Position numbers and translations under genes: made by a program. A stretch of 63,744 nt of DNA, the filler included, from Octopus bimaculoides (Eukaryota), in assembly GCF_001194135.2 (NCBI RefSeq). It is 7 parts of 7 records of this genome, joined end to end, with 100 filler letters (N's around TTAATTAATTAA, not from the genome) between each part and the next. Parts side by side here need not be neighbours in the genome. Positions count along the whole stretch, not along the records: positions 22,099 to 39,060 come from NC_069008.1; 6 more parts are not named here. The stretch is one strand, 5' to 3'. Shown piece after piece: positions 25,312 through 38,536 of the stretch (position 1 is its first letter; every line of letters begins with the position of its first letter). The notes below the pieces were generated by a model, which was not told where the DNA came from, searched no databases, and saw only the letters and a program-made list of their open reading frames with translations.

Positions 25312-25662
25312 TTTACTCGTTTCAGTCATCTGACTGCGTCCATACTGGAGCGCCGCCTTAAAGGGTGTTAGTCGGAGAAATCGACCCCAGGACTTATTCT
25401 TTGTAAGTTATGAGGATATAAACACGCCAACATCGGTTGTCAAGCGATGGCGGGGGGACAAACACAAACACACAAAGATAAATACTTACACACACACATA
25501 TACGATGGGCTTTTTCCAGTTTCCGTCAATCAAACACACTCACAAGGTTTTGGTTGGCTCGAGGCTATAGTAGAAGACACTTGCCAAAAGTGCCACGTAG
25601 TGGGACTGAACCCGGAACCTTGTGGTTAGGAAACAAGCTTCTTACCACGCAGCCGCACCTGC
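25312..25662 (-). mobile_element. SINE family A
   Basis: Reverse complement of the same head and body blocks. Confidence 0.85.
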
Positions 25663-25880
25663 GTGTATCAATACATATAAATTCAAAATAAAAAAGATCG
25701 TTTCTTCCCAATTCAATTCCAGATTTTTTAAAACTCACATATACTTATATAAAAGCATCAATTTTCTGTAAACAAATCTTTCATGAATCTCTCAAAAGCG
25801 ATCAAAGCATCATATAATTACCCCAAATCGTAACTAACTCTTTTTGTCCACACACACACACACACGTACACCCTCATATA

Positions 25881-27423
25881 CCGGGTATATCAGCAAAATT
25901 GTTCAAATTTTAGATTCAATTTTGACCCTTTGTATCTGAAGGATGCTTAAAGATAACTTAATGGAATTAATAGACGTTTTTCTAACACTATTGGACTCTA
26001 CATTGAGTAAGACAAAATGTTGGATTATTCTCCAAGCCCAACAAAAGAATCGCGATGAAGTTGACCATTGGCAAAAATGACATTTTCAGAAACAATTAAC
26101 TATAGCTCAGGATTGGGTGCTCATAAAGGATTGGAGTAAATTTCGAACGGAAGCTTAAGGTTTTATTTTAAAGTGCCAGAGAGAATCATGGCTGAAATTC
26201 TACCTGTTAGGCATCAAGAGTTGCTCTTCTTTTGGCAATGATTTCCTCAACCCTCTTTCTGAATGCGCCACAAGCTTTCTTGATGAATTCTTTATGAATG
26301 ATCTCCACCTACGTCCTACCAATGGAGTTTTTGAGGGCTTGCAGATTTACTGTGGGGATTTTCACAAGTTTTTCTGATCAGTTCTTTCCAGTCGCTGATG
26401 TCTAAAGGGTTCAAATCAGGTGATGAAGGGGACCAAGTGTCCTTATCCCAAAACCTGTTTTCAAACCCGTCCTCTGAAAATTTTTGAGCCACTGTACTTG
26501 TGTGATAAGGAGCTCCATCTTGCTGGCACGTAAACTTGAAGTCCTTAGCGATTTTATTGGTGTTTCCCTCGTCTCTTGCCTCAGGATATTCAGAATGAAT
26601 CCAGGACTTTACATCTTTCAAAACCTGAATATAACAAACTCGTCTCAAACTCTCAGCCTTCTCAAATATGGTCAATGGAATCTTCTTACAATCAGAGGTC
26701 CCGCAGGCAAAAATCATCACCGTTTCAGGGTTTTTGTTCCTGAAAATGACATTTTTGTCTCACTTATGAGAAGCTGAATTCAGAACGCGGCTGTTGTGTC
26801 TGTTTGTGTGCGTATCTTGGGTGAAATTCTTCTCATTTGTGTAAAAGATCACTGAGGGATTGTGTTTCACTTTGTTCCAGATCATCTTCGCCCCCCCCCC
26901 ACTCCAGCCTTCAAACCTTTTGTCCTGGAGTAACATGTTGCTTCATAGGTCTCACATACGATTTCATTTTCAAGTCTTCTCTCACCGTTCTTTGAACTGT
27001 CACGGCTGAAACTCCTCTCTCACGTACTAAGCGTCTTATGGATTGAGTTGGATCTCTTCTGATTGATCTCCCCAGCTTCAGATTGATATAATGATGCTTC
27101 TTGCGGTTATGACCTCCAAATTCAGTTTTCATCTCCTCTATTCCTTCTTTCTCAAATTTATTCACAATTCTCTTGATGGTTCTTGATGGATTTTGAAGAT
27201 GGAGCATTACTGAAGGCCTGGTATGGCTGGCACAAGACAATTTCAGCCTGTTCCATTTATTGCTAAATATTTTAATGGGTATTTCACTGATTCTTACAAA
27301 AACTGGTGTCAGTGTGGCCAGTTGTCCTATCAGGAAAATATCGAAAATTGCAGATCGATAAGTTTATTGGTTTTAAAAAGTTTAAAGAATTTGTGAGCGT
27401 GACAATGTTGTTGGTGCACGCGG
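25881..27423 (-). mobile_element. Tc1/mariner maT (DD37D)-like transposon, full length, frameshifted
   Basis: Imperfect TIRs TA|CCGGGTATATCAGCAAAATTG and (reverse complement) TA|CCGCGTGCACCAACAACATTG. HTH region in ORF 26911-27240; catalytic region QQDGAPYH...SPDLNPLD in ORF 26316-26720. Confidence 0.85.
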
Positions 27424-27507
27424 TATATCTATACATTTATATAGTACAAACATAAAAAAATACGTGAAGAAAGAAAAAATTACACAAAAATCACACAAAA
27501 ACTCGAG

Positions 27508-27743
27508 CTTTCTTCTTGTTCTTGTTCTTGTTCTTGTTCTTGTTCTTGTTCTTGTTCTTTTTCTTGTTCTTCCTGTTCTTCTTGTTCTTGTTCTTGTTCT
27601 TGTTCTTCTTCTCCTTCTTCTTCTTCTTCTTCTTCTTCCTCCTCCTCCTCTTCCTCCTCCTCCTCCTCCTCCTCCTTCTTCTTCCACATTTTTAACATCT
27701 TTTTAACTATCTTCTGCACTTTCTACACTGGGTTTTTTTCATT

Positions 27744-27797
<54 letters not shown>
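27508..27797. repeat. Compound (CTTGTT)n-(CTT)n-(CCT)n tract, then (CTA)n
   Basis: Visible directly; explains the poly-R/E/L ORFs. Confidence 0.95.
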
Positions 27798-27800
<3 letters not shown>

Positions 27801-28154
27801 GTGCTTTACTTTCTTTCTAATCATCAATCTCTCCTTTTACACATTCTATATTTATTTCATCAGTTTTTTCTTCTTTTCTTTCTCTTCCCTTCATCTTCCT
27901 TTACCAGTTGTCCCAGCCTCATCTGCTTCTATTTCGTCGTTACGCTTCTACTTCGCTATTCTGAGTGGTACATACTCGTTTCCACGCAATGGTACTCCAT
28001 TTAATATCAATATTGATCAAGCGTTCTTATTTTGTATGAAAATCTCTTAAATATATATTTTGTGTTAAACCATACAATGTTGAATTATTATTTTGAATCC
28101 TTTATCACACATCTGCTCAATACTGTTTCTGATTATCTCTCTTTGATGTTTCAG

Positions 28155-28226
28155 GGATCTGAGTAGTAATAATATCGGAAAGATTCCAAAAGAAATCTTC
28201 CAAAACTTGACCAGTTTAATATATTT
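28155..28226 (+). CDS. Leucine-rich-repeat exon 2 (72 nt, phase 2-2): DLSSNNIGKIPKEIFQNLTSLIY(L)
   Basis: TTTCAG acceptor and GTAAGT donor; only 3 nt differ from exon 1. Confidence 0.85.
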
Positions 28227-29227
28227 GTAAGTAGGATCAGCCTTATCGATAATCTTCCACAGATGATATATTTCCAAATTTTTAATGTCTTTTCTACCAC
28301 TTTTCTTCTATCTTTTTATCTGAGTCTATCAATCTAATTGTTTCTTTCGTTGGTACGTAGTTTCATGGCAAGCTGGTTGAATTCAGCTTGTGTTTATATA
28401 TCTGCCTGTATCCATCCATCCATCCATCCATCCATCCATCCATTATTGAGAAACATCAATACATACGTAAGGGATAAAGAAACGAGGAGAGCTGTCTTTG
28501 GGTGTGCTAGAAACAACAGCCAAATCACCCTTAAATCACTCACTTTTCTCTCTGAAAATATTAACAATAAAAAAAATCTACCGAAAAAATCTTCCCATGG
28601 TTTTGAAGTGCAAAAAAAAAAAAAGAAAAAATTGGCCAAATAGGTCCAGAGTGGGATGATGAGGGAGGGGTTGTNNNNNNNNNNNNNNNNNNNNNNNNNN
28701 NNNNNNNNNNNNNNNNNNNNNNNNNNNNNNNNNNNNNNNNNNNNNNNNNNNNNNNNNNNNNNNNNNNNNNNNNNNNNNNNNNNNNNNNNNNNNNNNNNNN
28801 NNNNNNNNNNNNNNNNNNNNNNNNNNNNNNNNNNNNNNNNNNNNNNNNNNNNNNNNNNNNNNNNNNNNNNNNNNNNNNNNNNNNNNNNNNNNNNNNNNNN
28901 NNNNNNNNNNNNNNNNNNNNNNNNNNNNNNNNNNNNNNNNNNNNNNNNNNNNNNNNNNNNNNNNNNNNNNNNNNNNNNNNNNNNNNNNNNNNNNNNNNNN
29001 NNNNNNNNNNNNNNNNNNNNNNNNNNNNNNNNNNNNNNNNNNNNNNNNNNNNNNNNNNNNNNNNNNNNNNNNNNNNNNNNNNNNNNNNNNNNNNNNNNNN
29101 NNNNNNNNNNNNNNNNNNNNNNNNNNNNNNNNNNNNNNNNNNNNNNNNNNNNNNNNNNNNNNNNNNNNNNNNNNNNNNNNNNNNNNNNNNNNNNNNNNNN
29201 NNNNNNNNNNNNNNNNNNNNNNNNNNN

Positions 29228-29273
<46 letters not shown>

Positions 29274-30838
29274 ACTCACTCACTCACTGCAAAGCTTACA
29301 AATAGGCTGCTGACTTGTAATCTCTATGTTGCTTTAAGGAGAAAGTAAAACTTGACAAATTGCTTCTCCTGTTGTTGGACTACCGTGATGTTTGTTTAAA
29401 AAGTAGAGATTATGACTATGATAAAATAATGAAAGCAATATTTACTAAGCAAGTAAGCACTATTATATAAAAAAATAATTAGACGTAATATATAAAACTA
29501 TTAGAATTGGGAATCAAATGTGAAAATATTATCAAGTGGCTAGCAAAAAACCACCCGGAGAGCGGTCTTTCTGCAGGTATTTAATATCTGTGCTAGAACT
29601 GAATAGTTATTACATAAATTTTGAGGTAGGTGAGGTATAGAAATATGAATTAGGAGAGAAGGATTTAGTAAGAATCTCTAGAATAAAACAAAACAGAAGA
29701 ACATGTTGACAGGGTAAATGTACTAAATTAGTTAAGTGAGCTCTAATGCCATATCTATACCACATTATAGTGATAATAAAGTTAGATAGCTATACAGACG
29801 CAGTTGTCTCACTGCATTTCGATTTGTGATAAAATCTCAATGGAATGAAAACTCTATGGACACAAGAGGAAGATGCCACGTACTGCTTATTTAATAACTG
29901 CGCTGGGTTATGCAACAGTATTTGTATAGATTCATACAAGCATAACCAACACAGAATATTTTGGCCTTGGTATGGAGAGCTCGAGTGGGTGATGAACCAG
30001 CCTATATCATGTAGTATATTTTTTCCTATGGAGGTGTATATGTTCTGCTAGCGAAGTTTATTTACTGTTTTTCATATTTAAATTAATTTAAAGGCGCTGA
30101 ATATCTTTGATTAAAATTAACAAAAGCTCCCATATAAACCTTAGTAGAGTATTGAAGTCTATTTAGGATTGAGAAGTTAAATGCAACGGTAAATACTTTG
30201 CAAGTGAGCTTGTATGAAGCAGTTATCTATTTTATTGAAGTTACAATTGTATATATATATATATATATNNNNNNNNNNNNNNNNNNNNNNNNNNNNNNNN
30301 NNNNNNNNNNNNNNNNNNNNNNNNNNNNNNNNNNNNNNNNNNNNNNNNNNNNNNNNNNNNNNNNNNNNNNNNNNNNNNNNNNNNNNNNNNNNNNNNNNNN
30401 NNNNNNNNNNNNNNNNNNNNNNNNNNNNNNNNNNNNNNNNNNNNNNNNNNNNNNNNNNNNNNNNNNNNNNNNNNNNNNNNNNNNNNNNNNNNNNNNNNNN
30501 NNNNNNNNNNNNNNNNNNNNNNNNNNNNNNNNNNNNNNNNNNNNNNNNNNNNNNNNNNNNNNNNNNNNNNNNNNNNNNNNNNNNNNNNNNNNNNNNNNNN
30601 NNNNNNNNNNNNNNNNNNNNNNNNNNNNNNNNNNNNNNNNNNNNNNNNNNNNNNNNNNNNNNNNNNNNNNNNNNNNNNNNNNNNNNNNNNNNNNNNNNNN
30701 NNNNNNNNNNNNNNNNNNNNNNNNNNNNNNNNNNNNNNNNNNNNNNNNNNNNNNNNNNNNNNNNNNNNNNNNNNNNNNNNNNNNNNNNNNNNNNNNNNNN
30801 NNNNNNNNNNNNNNNNNNNNNNNNNNNNNNNNNNNNNN

Positions 30839-31136
30839 TAGTACTTATTCAGTCGGTCTCTTTTGCCGAACCGCTAAGTGACGGGGACGTAAACACACCA
30901 GCATCAGTTGTCACGCGATATTGGGGGGGGGGACGAAAACAGACACACACATACATATATATATACATACATATGACGGGCTTCTTTCAGTTTCCGTCTA
31001 CCAAATCCACTGACAAGGCTTTGGTCGGCCCGAGGCTATAGTTGAAGACACTTGCCCAAGATGCCACGCAGTGGGACTGAACCCGGAACTATGTGGTTGG
31101 TGAGCAAGCTACTTACCACACAGCCACTCCTGCGCC
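30839..31136 (-). mobile_element. SINE family A
   Basis: Head GGCGCAGGAGTGGCTGTGTGGTAAGTAGCTT on the minus strand. Confidence 0.88.
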
Positions 31137-31169
31137 TATGTATATAAAGTAAATACACGTAATTCAAAA

Positions 31170-32390
31170 GCACGTTTTGTGTAGCTTATTTCGTAACCAA
31201 AAAAAAACAGGTACAGATTATAAACAATGAAAGACCGATTTTGGTGATTCATTTGACAGAGGTAGTAGAGAGCCAATCTAATGATAAATCTGACCTTGGA
31301 TCTTGAAGTTTTGTATGAATCCTGGCTCAATTAAATCTCTTGTGACTCCAAATGATGTCATCTGTAATGTAGTGTTGTCTTGTCTAATTTTGTGTTGGAA
31401 ATGCTTGGAATTTCGGTCAGTTGATGACAACAGTTCCTTCAATAGCTCTACAGGTTGGGAGACTGCAGGGGGTTTAACCTTTCCACCACTGCAGCACAGT
31501 GCAAGTGTCTCTCCAGGCCTCTTCCTTACTTTACAATGTATGCACTCAGTTGTCATTGCACCAATGGAAATTCTAGTGTCATCAGTATAACGAACTGATG
31601 GATCATAATTGAAAACTGTTTCATAGAAGTTGCTTCACTGAGCTGCTGCAACTGCCCTTCATTCTGAAGTGGAGAACCTATTCCTTGTCAACTGTGCATA
31701 CCTCTGTTCATCATTTTGAGATGCTCCGGCTTTTGTAGTGCACAGTCTGTTTGTTTCTTGGTATGCTTCACTTTCTGCAGCTGTCTCTCTTTCCCTGGAC
31801 AGAGACATTCTTTTGGCTGACCTTGACATTGTAGACAAATTTGACACTCTCTTTCTGGGTATGGGTATATACGTATACAGAAACACACGGCTACAGAAGA
31901 TAGTAAACAATGAAAATAACTGGGTAATGGGAATTATATTTCTGAATATGACGGCCAGAAAGTAAATATAAAAATCTTCACGGAAAATGAAGAATTGTAC
32001 GGGTTGAAGCAAAAGTTATCAGTGAACGAAAGGGCCAGTATCGAAGGAATCAGAAAAAAAAAGCCGTTAACAGCAGAAAAACACAAAACCGTTGCAAAAT
32101 TAATAAGAAATTTTAGGGAAAGTAAGTAAGGGTACTGACTGAAATGAAATTTGTGAAGTTAGTTCTGTCAGTAAATTATGTGTGAAATTGCTTCTGTCAG
32201 TAATTTGTCGTTGTTGCTTGTAAATAGCGATTGAAAACGTACAGTGAAAACAAGAGCTATTGAACTTAAAGTGAAAACAATAGCGTCTGAAAAATGGAGG
32301 GATATAGATAGAGAGGTCTAGAGAGATAGAGATAGATAGAGAGATAAATAGAGAGATATAGATGGAGAGATATAGATGTTACTGACGCTA
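31170..32390 (-). mobile_element. Helitron fragment (RepHel N-terminal region), copy 1
   Basis: ECIHCKVRKRPGETLALCCSGGKVK...LQMTSFG...FKIQGQIYH followed by IGSLLP is characteristic of the Helitron RepHel N-terminus. Confidence 0.8.
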
Positions 32391-33254
32391 GAAAACGGAA
32401 AGTAAATATTAAAAAAAAACTTTCAAAGACGTGAATCTAAAATAAAAAGCAAAATTATATATATATATTTTATGACCAATGGATGTAAGGGAGACAATTA
32501 ATTTCTGAAAGTTACTTCGCAAAGAATTGCCTCCCTTCTCCATGTAACCCGGGAACGGGTGTCTTCTGTTCCCCCGGTGTGTGTGTGGGGGGGGGGGGCG
32601 TTACTAATTACGTGAAAAATTGTAAAATTCTAAAACCATCCTTGGAACATAAGTAATGTATGCTCTTAGTTTGGAGAAAATCAGTTGAAAAANNNNNNNN
32701 NNNNNNNNNNNNNNNNNNNNNNNNNNNNNNNNNNNNNNNNNNNNNNNNNNNNNNNNNNNNNNNNNNNNNNNNNNNNNNNNNNNNNNNNNNNNNNNNNNNN
32801 NNNNNNNNNNNNNNNNNNNNNNNNNNNNNNNNNNNNNNNNNNNNNNNNNNNNNNNNNNNNNNNNNNNNNNNNNNNNNNNNNNNNNNNNNNNNNNNNNNNN
32901 NNNNNNNNNNNNNNNNNNNNNNNNNNNNNNNNNNNNNNNNNNNNNNNNNNNNNNNNNNNNNNNNNNNNNNNNNNNNNNNNNNNNNTATATATATATATTT
33001 ATATATATATATATATATATAAATCACGTTCTGTCTTTGTTATCTATATATATTACTACTAATATAATTAAAAGTCTAAGAGTTACGTTAGGTCCCTTTA
33101 ATACACTCCCCACATGCGTACCATTCTCCGTGGCATCTGTGCCATTGCTATACGTATTGATGATAGAGGACATAGGTGTTTCCAGTTCTTGAGAGAAAGT
33201 ACATCCAGTGTTGCTGGCATGGTTGGTGGCGTAATCCATATACATGTACTACTG

Positions 33255-33301
33255 TTGCTGCTACTACTACTGCTGCTGCTATTACCACCACTGGTGCTGC
33301 A

Positions 33302-33355
<54 letters not shown>

Positions 33356-33445
33356 ACTGTAACTACTACTTCTGTTGCTACTGCTACTTCTACTAGTGCT
33401 GCTGCTGCTGCTGCTGCTGCTACTACTACTACTACTACTACTAAC
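33255..33445. repeat. (CTA)n/(CTG)n compound triplet repeat
   Basis: Visible directly. Confidence 0.9.
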
Positions 33446-33815
33446 TATTTTTTCTTCGTTGACAACTTTCTGTTTATCTTTATTTCCTCTTGCTGTTTCT
33501 TCTAACTCTTGTTCTGCGTTTTTCATTTTCATTTACTCTTGCTTTACTCTATTTCAGCCACTTCCTGTTTTCCTGTCATCTATTTCTGATTCTTCTGTTC
33601 TTTTTCTTGTCATAATTTGAAAATCATGAGAAAATTAAAAATATATTATTGTCGTAGTTATACAGTAATAATTTTAGGGGTATACACATATATCCGACCT
33701 ATGATATTCCTATTCATAAAAACATCTCTTAAATCAATATTTTGTTATAAACCATATTATAATTTTCTTTTATATTTAATACATACCTCTTCAATAAAAT
33801 TTCTTTATGTTACAG

Positions 33816-33887
33816 AGATCTGAATAATAATAAAATCAAGACGCTTCAAGAAGTAACTTTTGAAAAGCTGAGCAAATTACAGACATT
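33816..33887 (+). CDS. Leucine-rich-repeat exon 3 (72 nt, phase 2-2): DLNNNKIKTLQEVTFEKLSKLQT(L)
   Basis: TTACAG acceptor and GTAAGG donor; LRR consensus. Confidence 0.85.
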
Positions 33888-34429
33888 GTAAGGCGGATCA
33901 GTGTTGTTGATTCTATTTCAATGAGATATATTTCTAAATATTTAACGTCTTTCCCACCCTCACTTTTCTTTCACTGTTTTTATCTCTCGATCTCATTATC
34001 ACTCTCACTCTCTACTCATGTGCTTGTGTGTTTGAATAAGAGTGTTTGTTTTTCTCTGTGTTTATGAGTGAGAGCATACTTGCGCACATACATGCTTCTG
34101 TGGATGTATGTATCAGTATTCATGAAAGTATTAATACGTGGGCATGATGCTATCTGTAAGTCTTGCACTGTGGCACACATTTGATTAGGATTTATTGAGA
34201 AGAAATTTTACTAAATATTTGCAATCTATTAATTTCAGTTTTAATTGTATATTTAATATTACATTATTCGTACATATTCAATGTATGATATTCGCAAGAA
34301 TTTTGGCAGCTGTTATTAACGTTTTGAAACAACAGCTATAGACAATATTTCCATATTATTTGATGGCACCAATAAATATATTACATGGATGTTTACTGTC
34401 TGTACCTGTGTATATGTATGTATGTATTT

Positions 34430-35300
34430 TAAAAGGTAATATCTGTCTGCACCATGCCATTTAATTCTCCTGTTCTGTGTCCGACGCCTTTGGTAACTTC
34501 CCTGTACTTTCCGTTTCCCTCAACCAGTTTTCCTTTATGAATTCTATCTACTACAATGCTACGGACTCCCATCCCTACCTCAAATTTACCTGACGCCACC
34601 CCACCTACAGTCTGTCCTCTGCTCTCTGTCCTTCCGTCTCCGTTGGCTACGTCATAACGAACATGATTTCGTGATACAGACACAACTTATGTACCGATAC
34701 TTCATCCACAGAGGATTACCCTAACCCAACTGTAATCCAAGCTGCCCAGCCCACGATCGGCCTGTTGATCGTTTCACCTTTAAACTCTAGTATGCACTTA
34801 TTAATGAAGAGGCAATAACCGGGCTTAGGAGAATCAGTAAAGATATCAGTACTAAAAATGAAAATAATACCCGTAAAGTAGATAACTGCTTCAGTGATAG
34901 CATAGCTCAGCTGTATATCTTTCCCAGTTAATTTTTTTCCAAGTTCTCCCCTTCAGAACACTTGAATTTTTGAATATATACGGCATTATAACTGGTAGCA
35001 GTATAGAAGTGCTTAGGCATGGGTGGTAGAGTTTGTGAAATCATCGAATTATATATATATCTCTTAGACATATTCAAAGTTAGAATTAAAACGTTAGATT
35101 CAAGATTTAAAGACAACGGCCTGGTTATGTCATACAATATTAATTGGCATAAGATGGACACAATTTGGTTGTGACAGGTTGACTTACACACAAAGACAAT
35201 TTTACAGGACCGAAATGTGTGCAAGACGATAAGTGTGTGCTGGATAAAACAGTCAGCAACATTGAGTATATCAGTGATCGCGAGGGTTGGGAGGTTAAAA
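34430..35300 (+). mobile_element. Penelope-like RT/GIY-YIG remnant, heavily decayed
   Basis: ATDSHPYLKFT near 34560 resembles the PLE RT C-terminal HPxLKFT motif. FTGPK and SNIEYI near 35200-35270 resemble the GIY-YIG start. Confidence 0.45.
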
Positions 35301-35519
35301 CTCTACGTCTTACATAACACCCATATGTCATCGACATCTTAGAGGAGGAGAAGAAAAAGATGAAGGGGGAGGAAGGTAATGGTGATCGAGCTGGTTACGA
35401 AGGCAACGGTTGCATGTATTTCCCCCAGTGCTCCTGTACATATAATAATACTTAACGGATAGGAATGAGTTTGAGCTTATATATATATTTGCTTAATTTC
35501 ATAACCGTCCTCAGTTTTA

Positions 35520-35900
35520 TCTTTTATCTTTCACCCAATGGACTGTGGTCATGCTGGGGCACTGCCTTGCAAATTTTAGACAAATCCACACCAGTACTTA
35601 TTTTCTTTTAAGTCTGGTATTTATTATATTGATCACTTTTCTCAATTCACTAAGTCACAAGAACGTAAACAACCAAACACCGGTTGTCAGTCAGTGGTGG
35701 GGACAAACACAAACACAAAACCACACACACACATACATACGTATACACACACATTCATATACACACACATACACGTACACACTCATACACACAGCTGGAA
35801 TTTTTCAGTTTCGGTCTACAAATCCACTCACAACTCGGTCCGGGATATCAATAGAAGATACTTGCCTATGGTACCACGCAATGGGAAGCAAGCTCATTGG
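35520..35900 (-). mobile_element. SINE family A, decayed
   Basis: Same blocks in reverse complement. Confidence 0.75.
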
Positions 35901-36516
35901 TCAAACCATACCTGTGCTTAGGTCAAGTTTAATGTTTAATATATTCAGACCTTTAGAAAATGGATCTCTCTTCCTTTTAACAAGAAACCTCAAAACTGTT
36001 GTTATTAGTTTGCAAGGTTAAATTTCTGACTGAAACATAACACGAATATATCTATCTGCTACTTTTTTCAGTCGTTGGACTGTCGTCATGGTGGTGGTGG
36101 TGGGGGGACTGCTTTGAAGAGTTTTTAAATGGAACAACTCTACACTAGTAGTTATTTTTAAAGTCTGATATTTTCTAAGTTTGGTATTTATTCTATCGAT
36201 CACTTCTTGCATCTTCTTCAGTTTCTCTTACTTCTGTTTCTCTGTGTTTCATTCACTTTCTCATTTTACTTCATATTTCATTCTTCCTAAGTTTTAAAAT
36301 TATGGGAAAATTAGAAATGCATAACTGTCGGAGAAAATGTTTTCTGGAGTACACACTTGTATCCACTCTATGGTACTTCTATTAATATGATTATTTGTAA
36401 AAATCCTCTCTGAAATTTATATTTCATTATAAACCCTATTAGCCATTATATTTAATCCCTTTGAACTAAACTGCTCAATACAATTCCTCATAGACTCTCA
36501 TTTATTTTTTTTTCAG

Positions 36517-36588
36517 AGATCTGAGATACAATAAAATCCAGACGCTTCAAGAAGGAACCTTTGCAAGCCTTAAGGATTTAGAATCATT
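36517..36588 (+). CDS. Leucine-rich-repeat exon 4 (72 nt, phase 2-2): DLRYNKIQTLQEGTFASLKDLES(L)
   Basis: Polypyrimidine-TTTCAG acceptor and GTAAGT donor; 54/72 nt identical to exon 3. Confidence 0.85.
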
Positions 36589-37374
36589 GTAAGTTCGATG
36601 AGTCTTGCTAATACTATTTCATTGCCGATATATTTGTAAATATTGAATGCCATTCCCCGTTCTTTCTCCATTTTTATCCCTCTATTTCATAATCACTCTC
36701 ACACGATACCTACCCATTTGTGATTATGAAAGAGATTGCTTGCAATAACATTTATATGCGTGTGCGTGCTCTTGTGTTTGTGGATATGTTTATTTTGTGA
36801 ATAGGCTAGTGTAGGTGAGTGTAACTTCATGTATGTAGTATTCTATCCATAACATTTTATTTTATCCATAACATTTTATTTAGCTTCAGGTCGGCGTTGA
36901 ACAGGATTTGATAAAGCATGTGCGAATTATAATACTAAGTTCTTATATATTTACGATTGCATTATTCATACATACTTAAAAATATTGTATGGAATTCACA
37001 AAGTATTTGGATGATATTTTAACATTGTGAAACAGTAGCTATATATATTCCAGCATTAATATTTCATGTATTTAAGGTAGGGTTTCCAAATGTGCATAGT
37101 TATTGTCGTACCTATGTAGATATGTACTTATAACTAGAAAGATGTCGTTAGAGATACATGTCATGCATATGTCTGCAGTTGGGTATATTTTGTTTTCAGA
37201 ATAATGTATACTAGGCTAGGAAGTTATACGCTTTAGACATGTATACATACATACGTATATACACGTATATATGTTCATATATACAATTGTATATATAGTA
37301 AATATGTAATATACGTCAATATTTACATAGACATATATGTATGCACATATATAAACATATATATGTATATATAC

Positions 37375-37421
<47 letters not shown>

Positions 37422-38536
37422 CATATACATATNNNNNNNNNNNNNNNNNNNNNNNNNNNNNNNNNNNNNNNNNNNNNNNNNNNNNNNNNNNNNNNNNNNN
37501 NNNNNNNNNNNNNNNNNNNNNNNNNNNNNNNNNNNNNNNNNNNNNNNNNNNNNNNNNNNNNNNNNNNNNNNNNNNNNNNNNNNNNNNNNNNNNNNNNNNN
37601 NNNNNNNNNNNNNNNNNNNNNNNNNNNNNNNNNNNNNNNNNNNNNNNNNNNNNNNNNNNNNNNNNNNNNNNNNNNNNNNNNNNNNNNNNNNNNNNNNNNN
37701 NNNNNNNNNNNNNNNNNNNNNNNNNNNNNNNNNNNNNNNNNNNNNNNNNNNNNNNNNNNNNNNNNNNNNNNNNNNNNNNNNNNNNNNNNNNNNNNNNNNN
37801 NNNNNNNNNNNNNATATATATACGTATATGTATATATATATATGAAAGACGGAAGATGGAATATACGAGAATTTATTATTAATCCCGACATTTGTTTCGA
37901 CACATCTAGCATCAATCTCACATGGGTAGGACACTCAGCAGCTAGTTCAGGAGTATCAGTCGGTGTAGATGTATCTTGCCGGTCGATAAATAACTACAAC
38001 TTGTTAAAATAACAGTTTCGCAATGTAACTTCTCGTTTTGTAGAAAGAAAAGTAGACAGACGGAGGAAATATCTTCATTTATTTAGATCAAAAATAAAAT
38101 ATGTGTTTCTGTGTGTGTATACACACACATACAAACACACACATACACATACACACGTATATGTATGGTGCATATAACGAAACGCAATGTGTGCCCCATC
38201 GGTTATGCTAGAGAAAGAAGAGTAACAACAACCGAAGAGCGGTGACAGTCACAGATGCTAAAGCAGCCGAACAGTTTTACCTCTGAATACGCTGGTATTT
38301 TAATCAAAATAAGATTACATATTTTTATCGCAAATTGTATTTAGTTTATCAGTTTCATACACACACGCATACACGCAAACACACAGACAGAGATACACAC
38401 ACACACTCACACACCCATAAAGTGAGATATATATATATACATATATGGGAGAATATACAAATAATAACAACAGACGAGGACAGGTGGTGTAAATAACAAA
38501 AGGATATATTAGTATGACGCTCGGGAATACGGAAAG

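Noticed and set aside
32530-32606. AACCCGGGAACGGG...CCCCCGG, resembling a Helitron 3' hairpin
   Set aside because: The strand and end are wrong for the adjacent minus-strand Helitron fragment, and no CTRR follows.
37843-38012. ORF with NPDIC...LTW, reminiscent of an LRR C-terminal cap
   Set aside because: It has no polypyrimidine tract and lacks the CxC pattern. The minus strand has CTGCTGA...CGAAACAAATGTC, more like a decayed PLE terminal repeat; stem I does not pair, so it is not called as a ribozyme either.
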